Below, piece by piece: positions 1 through 8,715 of a stretch of 64,000 nt of DNA (position 1 is its first letter; every line of letters starts with the position of its first letter). This stretch comes from Actinomycetota bacterium. GTDB taxonomy: Bacteria > Actinomycetota > Acidimicrobiia > Acidimicrobiales > VFJN01. The notes under the pieces are model-generated. The model did no database searches, was not told the DNA's origin, and saw only the letters and a program-made list of their open reading frames with translations. The stretch is taken from NCBI GenBank assembly GCA_046730015.1, contig JBKPHT010000126.1, forward strand, positions 1,074 through 65,073, written 5' to 3'. The position numbers and the translations under genes are program-made.

Positions 1-469
1 CGTCGACGCCGTCGACCAGCACCAGGGCCCGCTTGGCCGGCGGGTTCTCGTCGGAGTAGGCCAGGATCCGCCACGTGGGCCGGCTGAGCAGGCCCCGCCA
101 GCCCATCTGGGCCGACGCGTGGCCCACCGGGAAGCCCACGACCCGCGAGGCCGCCACCAGGGCGTCCTGCTCGTCGACGTCGAGGTTCCAGCCGGTGACG
201 ATCGAGTACGTCCCGATGACCGCCAGCAGGACGGCCGCGAGCAGGAAGCCGCCGTTGACGAACGGCGACTCGTCGGCCAGCCCCCACAGGGCCACACAGC
301 CCACCGCCAGCGCCAGGTACAGGTACCCGGGTACCCGGCGGCGGTTGTTGTTCGGGAACAGGTACGGGCCGACGTAGCCGGCCGCCTTCAGGTCGTCGGG
401 GAGGGCGTCGACGACGTCCTCGTCGGCGGGCTCGGTCCGGTCGTTCGGGGCTGCGGGGTCGGCGGGCAT
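1..469 (-). CDS. Hypothetical membrane protein, N-terminal part only (gene runs off the left edge)
   Basis: Not in the ORF track because it has no stop in the window. My reverse-strand translation from ATG (467-469) reads MPADPAAPNDRTEPADEDVVDALPDDLKAAGYVGPYLFPNNNRRRVPGYLYLALAVGCVALWGLADESPFVNGGFLLAAVLLAVIGTYSIVTGWNLDVDEQ... and stays open to position 1. Third codon positions are GC-rich and there are two hydrophobic helices. Same strand as the downstream HIT and thrS genes. Confidence 0.5.
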   Translation of the reverse strand, partial: MPADPAAPNDRTEPADEDVVDALPDDLKAAGYVGPYLFPNNNRRRVPGYLYLALAVGCVALWGLADESPFVNGGFLLAAVLLAVIGTYSIVTGWNLDVDEQDALVAASRVVGFPVGHASAQMGWRGLLSRPTWRILAYSDENPPAKRALVLVDGVD

Positions 470-498
470 GGCGGCTCGTGACCGTAGCGGGCAGTCCG

Positions 499-1035
499 TC
501 AGGCGGGCCAGGCGGCCCGGAGCTTGGCCCACGACTCCGAGAGCGACTCGGGCAGGACCCGGACCTCGGCCACCGCGGTCATGAAGTTCGAGTCGGCGTT
601 CCAGCGGGGCAGGACGTGGACGTGGAGGTGGGACGGGACGCCCGCGCCGGCCGCCTCGCCCAGGTTGAGCCCTACGTTCACGCCGTGGGGCTGGTACGCC
701 GACTTCACCGCCACCACCGCGTCCTGGACCGCGCCCCACATCGCGGCCGCCTCGCTCGGGGTGAGGTCCTCCAGCTCCCCCACCTCCCGGTAGGGCATCA
801 CCAGCAGGTGGCCGCTCGTGTACGGGTACGCGTTGAGGATGGCGAACACCTCGTTGCCCCGCCAGACCACGTGGGACTCCTCGTCGGGGAGACCGAGGGC
901 GAGGATCCGCTGGAAGAGCGACCCCTCCCCCGCCAGGGCGCCGTTCCCGGCGGCAGCGACGTAGGACGACCGCCAGCCCGCCCACAGGCGCTCCATCGCC
1001 CCCGCGGCCCCCGGCCGGGTGTCGTCGTCGGCCAT
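499..1035 (-). CDS. HIT (histidine triad) family protein
   Basis: Last 178 aa of track ORF 499..2415, starting MADDDTRPG. Histidine triad motif HLHVHVLPRW. The ATG at 1033-1035 overlaps the thrS stop (ATGA). Confidence 0.9.
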   Translation of the reverse strand: MADDDTRPGAAGAMERLWAGWRSSYVAAAGNGALAGEGSLFQRILALGLPDEESHVVWRGNEVFAILNAYPYTSGHLLVMPYREVGELEDLTPSEAAAMWGAVQDAVVAVKSAYQPHGVNVGLNLGEAAGAGVPSHLHVHVLPRWNADSNFMTAVAEVRVLPESLSESWAKLRAAWPA

Positions 1036-3026
1036 CAGGCGTGGGTCGAGATCTCGGTGTGCAGCCGCTCGACGAACGTCGCAACCGGCACGTCCCGCTC
1101 GACCTCGCCGCCCCGCGGGTTGTCGCCCACCGTGTCGGCCGCCACGTCGTCGTCGCCCACGACCAGGACGTGGGGCACCTTCTCGAGCTTCGCCTTGCGG
1201 ATGCGGGCGCCGAGCGGCTCGTCGGCGTCGGTCACTTCGGCGCGGAAGCCCTCGGCCCCCAGCCGCTCGACCAGCCCCGCGGCGTGGGCCTCGTGGTCGG
1301 ACCGGACGGGGAGCACCTGCACCTGCACCGGGGCCAGCCAGGTCGGCAGCGCGCCGGCGGTGTGCTCCAGCAGCACGCCGAAGAACCGGTCGATCGACCC
1401 GAACAGGGCCCGGTGGATCATCCTCGGCCGGTGCCTGTGGTTGTCGGCGCCGACGTACTCCAGGTCGAAGCGGGGCGGGAACTGGAAGTCGACCTGCAGG
1501 GTCGACAGCTGCCAGCGGCGGCCGATGGCGTCGCGGACGTGGACGTCGATCTTGGGGGCGTAGAACGCGCCCTCGCCCTCGGCCACCACGTAGGGGATGC
1601 CGGCCTTGTCGATGGCGTGGGTGAGGGCCGCCTCGGCCTCGTCCCAGTCCTCCGGCTCGCCCACGAAGTTGTCGGGCCGGGTGGACAGCTCGGCCTCGAA
1701 CTGGTCGAAGCCGTAGTCGCGCAGCAGCTGCAGCACGAAGTCGAGCAGGTCGGCCAGCTCGCTGGCCAGCTGCTCGGAGGTGCAGAAGATGTGGGCGTCG
1801 TCCTGGGTGAAGCCCCGGGCCCGCAGCAGGCCGTGCACGACGCCCGACTTCTCGTAGCGGTAGACGGTGCCGAACTCGAACAGCCGCAGCGGCAGCTCCC
1901 GGTACGACCGCTGCCGCGACCGGAAGATCAGCGTGTGCATCGGGCAGTTCATCGGCTTCGGGTAGTACTTGACCCCCTCGTCGAGGTCCATCGGGGGGTA
2001 CATGCCGTCCGCGTACCACTCGAGGTGGCCGCTGATCGCGTACAGGTCGGACTTGGCGATGTGGGGGGTGTAGACGAACTCGTAGCCGGCCTTCTCGTGC
2101 TCGGCCCGGCTGTAGTCCTCCATCAGCTTGCGGACCAGGCCGCCCTTGGGGTGGTAGAGCGGCAGGCCGCTGCCGACCTCGGGCGGGAAGCTGAACAGGT
2201 CGAGCTCGGCGCCGAGCTTGCGGTGGTCGCGCTTGGCCGCCTCCTCCAGCATGTGCAGGTGGGCGTCGAGCGCCTTGCGGGAGTCCCAGGCGGTGCCGTA
2301 GACCCGCTGGAGCTGCGGGTTGTGCTCGTCGCCCCGCCAGTAGGCGCCGGCCACCCGCATGAGCTTGAAGTGGCCGAGGTGGCGGCCGGTGTCCTCGACG
2401 TGGGGGCCGCGGCACAGGTCGACGAAGCCGGGCCGGCCGTGGAACGGCGGGTGGTCCTTGGGCTTGGCCGGCGGGTTCTCGTAGGTGCGGACCTCGCCCC
2501 GGTCGCCGGTGCCCGACATCGGGTCGGTCGACGCGTTGTCGATGATCTCCAGCTTGAACGGGTGGTCGGCGAACACCTCGCGGGCCTCGTCGGCCGGGAT
2601 CTCGGCCCGGACGAAGGCCTGGCGCTCCTCGATGATCTCCCGCATGCGGGCGTCGATGCGGTCGAGGTCGTCGGTGCTGAAGGTGGCCCCGCCGGGGAGC
2701 GCGAAGTCGTAGTAGAAGCCGTCCTCGACCGGCGGCCCGATGCCGAAGGTGGCGTCGGGGAAGAGGTCGAGCACCGCCTGGGCCAGCACGTGGGCGGTCG
2801 AGTGGCGGATGGTGTAGAGGCCCCGCTCGCTGTCGGCGGTCACGATGGCCACCCGGTCGCCGTCGGCCAGCTCGGTGCCGAGGTCGCGCTCGTCCCCGTT
2901 GATCTCGGCGATGACGGCGGCCTTCGCGAGGCGGGAGCCGATGCTCTGCGCGAGGCCGAGCGCGGTCGTGCCCGACGGGAGGGAGCGCTGGGATCCGTCG
3001 GGCAGGGTGACTGCGATCTCGGCCAT
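1035..3026 (-). CDS. thrS: Threonine--tRNA ligase
   Basis: 663-aa ORF. N-terminal TGS-like segment (MAEIAVTLPDGSQRSL...), editing-domain motif RHSTAHVLAQAV, and a class II aaRS core with a C-terminal anticodon-binding region. Length is typical of ThrRS. Confidence 0.95.
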   Translation of the reverse strand: MAEIAVTLPDGSQRSLPSGTTALGLAQSIGSRLAKAAVIAEINGDERDLGTELADGDRVAIVTADSERGLYTIRHSTAHVLAQAVLDLFPDATFGIGPPVEDGFYYDFALPGGATFSTDDLDRIDARMREIIEERQAFVRAEIPADEAREVFADHPFKLEIIDNASTDPMSGTGDRGEVRTYENPPAKPKDHPPFHGRPGFVDLCRGPHVEDTGRHLGHFKLMRVAGAYWRGDEHNPQLQRVYGTAWDSRKALDAHLHMLEEAAKRDHRKLGAELDLFSFPPEVGSGLPLYHPKGGLVRKLMEDYSRAEHEKAGYEFVYTPHIAKSDLYAISGHLEWYADGMYPPMDLDEGVKYYPKPMNCPMHTLIFRSRQRSYRELPLRLFEFGTVYRYEKSGVVHGLLRARGFTQDDAHIFCTSEQLASELADLLDFVLQLLRDYGFDQFEAELSTRPDNFVGEPEDWDEAEAALTHAIDKAGIPYVVAEGEGAFYAPKIDVHVRDAIGRRWQLSTLQVDFQFPPRFDLEYVGADNHRHRPRMIHRALFGSIDRFFGVLLEHTAGALPTWLAPVQVQVLPVRSDHEAHAAGLVERLGAEGFRAEVTDADEPLGARIRKAKLEKVPHVLVVGDDDVAADTVGDNPRGGEVERDVPVATFVERLHTEISTHA

Positions 3027-3037
3027 GGGTGCCGAGG

Positions 3038-3826
3038 TTACCGAGCCGCGGAGACGGCTCCCGAACCGGTTACCGCCGGCTCCCGGTCGTGGCGGTGGGT
3101 GCTGTCGAGCACGATCGCGGTCGGCTGCGACGGCAGTGCCTCGTGGCGGCGGGTGGCGTACTCGTCGACGTACTCCTGGCCCGAGAGCTCGCGGACCTCG
3201 AACATGAGCTCGTCGGTGAGCTGGCGGAGGACCAGGCGGTCGTCGGCCCGGGCGCCGTGCAGGGCGGGGTCGATCGGCCGCCCGATGCGGATCTCGGCCG
3301 CCCCGAACAGCCGGGGCGCCTTGGCTCCCGGCGGCTGGATGTGGCGGGTGCCGACGATGCCGACGGGCACGAGCGGGGCGCCGGTGCGGAGCGCGAGGCG
3401 GGCGGGACCGGTGTGGCCCTTGTGGAGGCGGCCGTCGCGGCTGCGGGTGCCCTCGGGGTAGATGCCGAACAGCTCGCCCCGGGCCAGCACCCCGGCGGCG
3501 GCGTCGAGCGCCCGGGTGCTGGCGTCGCCGCCGGACCGGTCGATGGGGATCATGCCGAGGGCGGGGAACAGGTGCCGGGTCTTCCAGTCGTCGAGGTACT
3601 CGGCCTTGCCCACGAAGGTGATGCGCCGGGGCAGCACCGACGGCAGCAGGAACGAGTCGATCACCGACGTGTGGTTGGGGCAGATGATGGCGGGGCCGTC
3701 GGCGGGCAGGTTGTCGGCCCCCTTGAGGTGGATCCGCCAGCCGGCCTTGAACAGCGGGCTCAGGATGGCGCGGGCGACCGGGTAGAGCCTCCCGTACTCC
3801 CGATCGTCGCCTGCCGCGCCGGACAT
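3038..3826 (-). CDS. 1-acyl-sn-glycerol-3-phosphate acyltransferase family protein (PlsC-like)
   Basis: C-terminal 262 aa of track ORF 3038..4321, starting MSGAAGDDREYG. Acyltransferase motifs NHTSVID (HxxxxD) and IYPEGTRS. ATG at 3824-3826. Confidence 0.85.
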   Translation of the reverse strand: MSGAAGDDREYGRLYPVARAILSPLFKAGWRIHLKGADNLPADGPAIICPNHTSVIDSFLLPSVLPRRITFVGKAEYLDDWKTRHLFPALGMIPIDRSGGDASTRALDAAAGVLARGELFGIYPEGTRSRDGRLHKGHTGPARLALRTGAPLVPVGIVGTRHIQPPGAKAPRLFGAAEIRIGRPIDPALHGARADDRLVLRQLTDELMFEVRELSGQEYVDEYATRRHEALPSQPTAIVLDSTHRHDREPAVTGSGAVSAAR

Positions 3827-3894
3827 GGGCCGGAGCCTACGCCGCGCGTGACCGCCCTGGGTGGGCGATGCGGTCGGTGCTGTGCCGGGTGCCG

Positions 3895-5040
3895 TCAGTT
3901 GCGCGTCAGATCGACGCCGAGGAGGCCGGCGGCGCGGCTGACGTCGTGGCCGTCCTTCGCCGCCGCGTCGACGGCGGCGAGCGCGGCGGGGGTGTCGAGG
4001 TCGTCGTCGAGCGCGGCCCGGACCTCGTCGAGGGCCTGGTCCCCGGTGCCGGTGGCGCCCACCGCGGACTGCCAGCGGGCCAGGCGGTCGGCGGCGGCGG
4101 GCATCACGTCGCCGTCCCAGTCCCAGGGCGACCGGTAGTGGTGGGCGAGCAGAGCGAGCCGGATCGCCCGGTGGTCCCAGATCTTCCGGAGCTCGGACAC
4201 GAAGACGAGGTTGCCGAGCGACTTGGACATCTTCTCCCCGTCCATCCGCACCATGGCCTGGTGCATCCAGTGGCGGACGAAGGGCTCGCCGGTGGCGGCC
4301 TCGGACTGGGCGGCCTCGCACTCGTGGTGGGGGAAGATCAGGTCGGTGCCACCGCCGTGGAGGTCGATGGTGGTGCCGAGCTCACGCATGGCCAGCGCCG
4401 AGCACTCGATGTGCCAGCCGGGCCGGCCGGGGCCCCACAGCGACTCCCACGCGGGCTCGTCGGGCGCGGACGGCTGCCACAGGACGAAGTCGAGCGGGTC
4501 GTGCTTGTGGGGGTCGTCGACGTTGCCACCCCGTTCGGCGGCGAGCCGCAGCATCTCGTCGCGGTCGAGGTGGCTGACCTGGCCGAAGCGGTCGAACTTG
4601 GAGACGTCGAAGTAGACGCCGCCCCCGGCCTGGTACGCGTAGCCGCGGTCGAGGACCATGCCGATGAACCCGCGGATGTCGGGGATGGCCGAGGTGGCCC
4701 GGGGCTCGCTCCAGGCGGGGAGCACGTCGAGGGCGCGCATGTCGTCGTCGAACCGGGCGGTCTCGGCGGCGGCCAGATCGAGGTAGTGGACGCCGAGCTC
4801 GCGGGCCTTGCGGAGCAGGTCGTCGTCGACGTCGGTGACGTTGCGGACGCAGCGGGTCTCGTGGCCCCGGTCGCGCAGCCGCCGCTGGAGGACGTCGTAG
4901 GTCAGGTAGACGGCGGCGTGGCCGATGTGGGTGGCGTCGTACGGCGTGATGCCGCAGGTGTACATGGTCACCACCGGCCCGGGGGCGAACGGCACGACCT
5001 CGCCACGGGCGGTGTCGTGCAGCCGCATGGGCTCGCTCAT
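3895..5040 (-). CDS. mshC: Cysteine:1D-myo-inosityl 2-amino-2-deoxy-alpha-D-glucopyranoside ligase (mycothiol ligase)
   Basis: Last 381 aa of track ORF 3895..5634, starting MSEPMRLHDTARGE. CysRS-like class I motifs: CGITPYDATHIGHAA (HIGH) and KMSKS. It lacks the C-terminal anticodon-binding extension of CysRS, and its overall sequence reads like MshC as I remember it. Confidence 0.85.
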   Translation of the reverse strand: MSEPMRLHDTARGEVVPFAPGPVVTMYTCGITPYDATHIGHAAVYLTYDVLQRRLRDRGHETRCVRNVTDVDDDLLRKARELGVHYLDLAAAETARFDDDMRALDVLPAWSEPRATSAIPDIRGFIGMVLDRGYAYQAGGGVYFDVSKFDRFGQVSHLDRDEMLRLAAERGGNVDDPHKHDPLDFVLWQPSAPDEPAWESLWGPGRPGWHIECSALAMRELGTTIDLHGGGTDLIFPHHECEAAQSEAATGEPFVRHWMHQAMVRMDGEKMSKSLGNLVFVSELRKIWDHRAIRLALLAHHYRSPWDWDGDVMPAAADRLARWQSAVGATGTGDQALDEVRAALDDDLDTPAALAAVDAAAKDGHDVSRAAGLLGVDLTRN

Positions 5041-5774
5041 TGCGTCGGCTCGGCCGCCGGGCGCCGGCCGGCGCCGTTGCCCTTCCGGGCCGGTGTCCCG
5101 CCGTCGGGTCCGGCGGCGGGCTCGGGGATGCCGGTCAGCTTCACCGCGACGCGGGTCTTGTAGTGCATGTTGAGCTGGAGCAGCACGGCGGTGAACGACT
5201 CGATCGGCGTGGCCATCGCCAGCTCGCCCGCGTTGAGCGGCCGCATGTCGGGGATCTTGCCGACGATCTCGCTGGTGACCTCGACGGCCAGGGCATGGTC
5301 GGAGCAGATCAGCACGTCGCTCTCGATGGGGTGCCGCAGGTCGCCCAGCTCCTTGGCCGGCACGTGGTGGAGGGCGGCGGCGACCAGGCACTGGGGCACG
5401 GCCGCCTGGACGCTGGCAGCGACCGAGCCGCGGGGCGGCACGAGCGGCTGGAACTCCTTGCCGATCTTGGTCAGCGCGTTGGCCATCGAGACGACGACCT
5501 TGCCCCGGAGCCGCTCCTCGACCGAGACGGCGGTCTGGGTGGCGCCGTCCCACGGGGTGGCGATGACGACGACGTCGGTGTCGGCGGCCTGGGCGTTGTC
5601 GCCGGCCCCGATGGTGAGCCGGCGGTCCGGCCACTGCCCGAGCAGGGTGTCGACGACCTCCATGGCCCGGTACTTGGACCGGGAGCCCACGACCACGTCG
5701 AACCCCACCGAGGCCAGTCGGGCGGCGAGGGCCCTGCCGGCCGGGCCTGTTCCCCCGAGGATGCCGATGCGCAC
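5037..5774 (-). CDS. NADPH-dependent F420 reductase family protein
   Basis: 245-aa ORF. N-terminal Rossmann motif MRIGILGGTGPAGRALA. Overall resemblance to the NADP oxidoreductase, coenzyme F420-dependent family. Its stop overlaps the mshC start (ATGA at 5037-5040). Confidence 0.75.
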   Translation of the reverse strand: MRIGILGGTGPAGRALAARLASVGFDVVVGSRSKYRAMEVVDTLLGQWPDRRLTIGAGDNAQAADTDVVVIATPWDGATQTAVSVEERLRGKVVVSMANALTKIGKEFQPLVPPRGSVAASVQAAVPQCLVAAALHHVPAKELGDLRHPIESDVLICSDHALAVEVTSEIVGKIPDMRPLNAGELAMATPIESFTAVLLQLNMHYKTRVAVKLTGIPEPAAGPDGGTPARKGNGAGRRPAAEPTQ

Positions 5775-5792
5775 GGCGCCACCGTAGCGGCG

Positions 5793-5828
5793 GGCGACCG
5801 GCGGGAGTCCAACTCGCCGCCGGTCGCC
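5793..5828 (-). terminator. GC-rich stem-loop downstream of the M23 peptidase gene (putative tail-less terminator)
   Basis: Perfect 12-bp inverted repeat, GGCGACCGGCGG (5793-5804) and CCGCCGGTCGCC (5817-5828), with a 12-nt loop. It lies between the peptidase stop (5906) and the next minus-strand gene start (5774). No U tract. Confidence 0.4.
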
Positions 5829-5905
5829 TTACCGCCGGTAAGCCCGCCGATGCGGGCTCTGGTGCCGGTGTGGCGGTGTTCCCCGAAGTGGTGCGGCCGA
5901 CGCTG

Positions 5906-6610
5906 TCAGCAGGCGGCGGCCACGAGCGAGTACGGGTTGACAGGGCTCCCTCCGCCCGGCCAGAACTCGAAGTGGAGGTGGGGCGTGCCGGCGGCGTTGC
6001 CGGAGTCGCCGACGTAGCCGATCACGGTGCCGGCGTCGACCCAGCCCGCGCCCTCGTTCTCGTAGCCGGACAGGTGGGTGCCGAAGTAGGTGTTGCCGTC
6101 GTCACCGTAGACGAACCAGGACAGGCCGCCGCCGGTGACGTTGCGGTGCTCGACCGTGCCGCTGACCGGGGCGAGGGTGGGGGTGCCGTAGGCGGCCATC
6201 ATGTCGGTCCCCTTGTGGGCGCGGCCGCCGGAGCGGGCGTCGCCCCACGAGTCGACGAAATCGGCGCCGCCCTCGACCGGGCAGACGATGTCGGCGTCGG
6301 CCCGGACCTCGGCCTCTGACTCGGGCTCCGGCTCGGGCGGGGCCGCGGTGGTGGGCGGCGGGGGCGGCGGTGCCGTGGTGGGGGGCGGCGGGGGCGGCGC
6401 GGTGGTCGTGGTGCTGGTGACCGTGGGCGCACGCCCGCCCGGACGGGGGACGTCGCCGTCTCGGGAGGCGGACACGAGGGCCAGGCCGTCGGGGCTGGCG
6501 TCGTCGCCCTGGCCTCCCGATGCCTCGTTGCGGTCGCCGAGCCCGGCGGCGGACAGGACGACCACGAGGCCCCCAGCGAGGAGCGTCGGCAGCGGCTGAT
6601 AGCGTCGCAT
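5906..6610 (-). CDS. M23 family metallopeptidase (LytM-type), secreted or membrane-anchored
   Basis: 234-aa ORF. N-terminal hydrophobic segment LPTLLAGGLVVVLSAAGL, a Pro/Thr-rich linker (TTAPPPPPP twice), and M23 motifs HKGTD and HLHFE. Confidence 0.85.
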   Translation of the reverse strand: MRRYQPLPTLLAGGLVVVLSAAGLGDRNEASGGQGDDASPDGLALVSASRDGDVPRPGGRAPTVTSTTTTAPPPPPPTTAPPPPPPTTAAPPEPEPESEAEVRADADIVCPVEGGADFVDSWGDARSGGRAHKGTDMMAAYGTPTLAPVSGTVEHRNVTGGGLSWFVYGDDGNTYFGTHLSGYENEGAGWVDAGTVIGYVGDSGNAAGTPHLHFEFWPGGGSPVNPYSLVAAAC

Positions 6611-6717
6611 GGGGCGGTGACCTTAGCGACATGGTTGCGTTTATTGCGATCCCATGACGGAAATCACTACGTCGTAAGGGCTCTGACCTGGGCGAGGCCG
6701 CCCTAGGTTGGGCGGTC

Positions 6718-7512
6718 GTGCATGCCGTCCCGCCGCCCGCCCTGGCCCTGTCCGGCGTCGCCGTCGTCCGGGACGCGAGCGCGCTGCTGGCCGACGTCGA
6801 CTGGGTCGTCCATGCCGGCGAGCGGTGGGTCGTGCTCGGCCCCAACGGGTCCGGCAAGACCACCCTCCTGCGGGTCGCGTCGCTCTGGCTCCACCCCTCC
6901 TCCGGCACCGTCGACGTCCTCGGCCACCGCCTCGGCCGGGTCGACGTCCGCCGGCTCCGCACCCGCATCGGCCTGGTCAGCCCGGCCTTCGCCGACCTCC
7001 TCCGCCCCGAGGTCACCGCGGCCGAGATCGTCATGGCGGCCCGGGAGGCCGCCCTCGAGACCTGGTGGCACGCCTACGGCGACACCGACCGCGCCCGGGC
7101 GCTGGCCCTGCTCGACCGGATGGGCGCCGCGCCCCTCGCCGACCGGGCATTCGGCACCCTGTCGTCCGGCGAGCGCCAGCGGGTGCTGCTGGCCCGGTCG
7201 CTGTGGGGCGACCCGGGCCTGGTGCTGCTCGACGAGCCGACCGCCGGGCTCGACCTGGGCGCCCGCGAGGACCTCGTCGGCCGCCTCGCCGCCCTCGCGG
7301 ACGACCCCACCACCCCGCCCACCGTGCTGGTCACCCACCACGTCGAGGAGATCCCGCCCGGCTTCACCCACGCCCTCGCCCTCCGGGCCGGGCGGGTGGT
7401 CGCCGCCGGGCCCGTGGCCGACGTCGTCACCGCGCCGACGCTGTCGGCGACGTTCGGGCTCGCGCTCCACCTCGACCGGCGCGACGGCCGGTTCGCCGCC
7501 CGGGCGTCGTAG
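6718..7512 (+). CDS. ABC transporter ATP-binding protein (no adjacent permease)
   Basis: 264-aa ORF with a GTG start. Walker A GPNGSGKTT, ABC signature LSSGERQR, Walker B LVLLDEPTAGLD. Confidence 0.9.
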   Translation: MHAVPPPALALSGVAVVRDASALLADVDWVVHAGERWVVLGPNGSGKTTLLRVASLWLHPSSGTVDVLGHRLGRVDVRRLRTRIGLVSPAFADLLRPEVTAAEIVMAAREAALETWWHAYGDTDRARALALLDRMGAAPLADRAFGTLSSGERQRVLLARSLWGDPGLVLLDEPTAGLDLGAREDLVGRLAALADDPTTPPTVLVTHHVEEIPPGFTHALALRAGRVVAAGPVADVVTAPTLSATFGLALHLDRRDGRFAARAS

Positions 7513-7528
7513 CCCGCCGTCGTCGCTC

Positions 7529-7969
7529 CTAGGCCTCGACCAGGGCCAGCAGCCGGGGCTTCGACCGGCGGATCTCGTCGGCCAGCAGCCGCTCGACCAC
7601 CGGCCCGCCCAGGCTGCCGCCGTAGTGCAGGTGCATCGACAGCCGGCTGCCGTCGGCGACCGACTCCACCGTCGCGGCGAGCACCCAGTCGGCGTGGCGG
7701 CGGCCGTCGTGCTCCAACCGCTCGAACCGGACCCGGCCGGGGCGGTCGTGGACGGTCCGGACCATCCGCAGCCGCTTCGACCGGGCGAACGGGCCAAGCC
7801 GGCCCCGGAGGTCGACCGACCAGGCCGGACCCGGGTCGCCGTCCATGGCCGGCACCGCCTCGGCGCGGGGCACGATGTCGAGCCACCGCGGGTAGCGGGC
7901 CAGGTCGTCGACCCAGCCGAACAGGTCCTCGGGCGGGCAGGGCGCCACCAGGTCGGCCGTCACGTCCAC
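7529..7969 (-). CDS. SRPBCC (polyketide cyclase/dehydrase-like) family protein
   Basis: Last 146 aa of track ORF 7529..8236, from GTG at 7967-7969 (VDVTADLVAPCPPEDLFGWVDDLARYPRWL...). Size and pattern are typical of the SRPBCC/CoxG-like fold. The start choice is tentative. Confidence 0.6.
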   Translation of the reverse strand: MDVTADLVAPCPPEDLFGWVDDLARYPRWLDIVPRAEAVPAMDGDPGPAWSVDLRGRLGPFARSKRLRMVRTVHDRPGRVRFERLEHDGRRHADWVLAATVESVADGSRLSMHLHYGGSLGGPVVERLLADEIRRSKPRLLALVEA

Positions 7970-8658
7970 GGCGGCGATCGTGGCACCCCGGCGGCCGGCG
8001 CCCCAACCCCGCCCGGCATCACCGCCAGCAGCACCCCCGAGCCCACCCGGACCGTCGCCTCGTCCCCCGTCATCTCGTTGCTCACCCCGCGGGTCGAGCC
8101 CGCCGGCAGGTCCTCGCCGGCGAGCGGGTAGAGCAGGCCGTCGGTGGTGACGCCGCGGGCCGGGCCGTGGGCCGGCAGCAGGCTCACCAGCGCCCCCGGC
8201 GCCCCCCGGAGGGTCGCCCGGTCGCGGACGACCCACAGGTGGGCCGGGCCGATCCAGGCCTCGACCTCGACTCCGGCGTAGCGGGGCGAGGCCAGCGCCA
8301 GCGCCACCGCCAGGGCGTGGTCGAAACGGTCGCCCGTCCCCGTCACCACCACCAGGCGACCCGGCCGCGGTCGCCGGGCCAGCGCCGCGGCCAGGGCCAG
8401 GTCGAGGTCGGTCGCGTCCTTGGCAACCGGGTGGCGCTCGACCGGCACCCCGGCCTCGACGGCGGCGGCCAGCTCACCCCCTTCCACCGAGTCCATGTCG
8501 CCCACCACCAGGTCGACCGGCAGGCCGAGCAGGCCTGCACCCGCCAACCCGCTGTCGGCCGCCACCACGACGACGTCGCCGCCGAGGTCGCCCAGCCCGC
8601 CGGGGGGCACCTCGGGGGGGCCGCCGCCGCCGACGACGACCGCGACCGGTCCTGTCAC
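7960..8658 (-). CDS. Thiamine pyrophosphokinase
   Basis: Last 232 aa of track ORF 7960..9738, from GTG at 8656-8658 (VTGPVAVVVGGGG...). Motifs GDMDS and KDATD, plus a C-terminal thiamine-binding-like segment. Overlaps the downstream gene start by 10 nt. Confidence 0.7.
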   Translation of the reverse strand: MTGPVAVVVGGGGPPEVPPGGLGDLGGDVVVVAADSGLAGAGLLGLPVDLVVGDMDSVEGGELAAAVEAGVPVERHPVAKDATDLDLALAAALARRPRPGRLVVVTGTGDRFDHALAVALALASPRYAGVEVEAWIGPAHLWVVRDRATLRGAPGALVSLLPAHGPARGVTTDGLLYPLAGEDLPAGSTRGVSNEMTGDEATVRVGSGVLLAVMPGGVGAPAAGVPRSPPWT

Positions 8659-8715
8659 GCAGCCACGGTACTCGTGCCGGCGGTGACGTTCGGTGCCCAG
8701 GGCTACGGTCGGGGC

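Noticed and set aside
1041-3461. 806-aa plus-strand ORF antisense to thrS. Similar long antisense ORFs occur at 478..1563, 3029..4138, 3868..5163, 21357..23693 and 23519..26473.
   Set aside because: These are shadow ORFs typical of a high-GC genome. Their translations are low-complexity Arg/Gly/Ala/Pro/Val-rich strings with no motifs. Each fully overlaps a gene with unambiguous family signatures on the other strand.
6330-6410. Short tandem repeats checked as a possible CRISPR array or minisatellite. Similar proline-codon repeats occur at 11960-12180 and 39000-39900.
   Set aside because: All lie inside coding regions and encode Pro/Thr/Ala-rich linkers. They lack the repeat-spacer architecture of a CRISPR array.
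6611-6717. Possible cyclic-di-AMP (ydaO-type) riboswitch upstream of the M23 cell-wall hydrolase, as seen for some actinobacterial wall hydrolases.
   Set aside because: The intergenic region is only 107 nt and is shared with a divergent gene. I could not find the paired pseudo-symmetric helices or conserved ACG/CCG-type core. A covariance-model scan would be needed to revive this idea.
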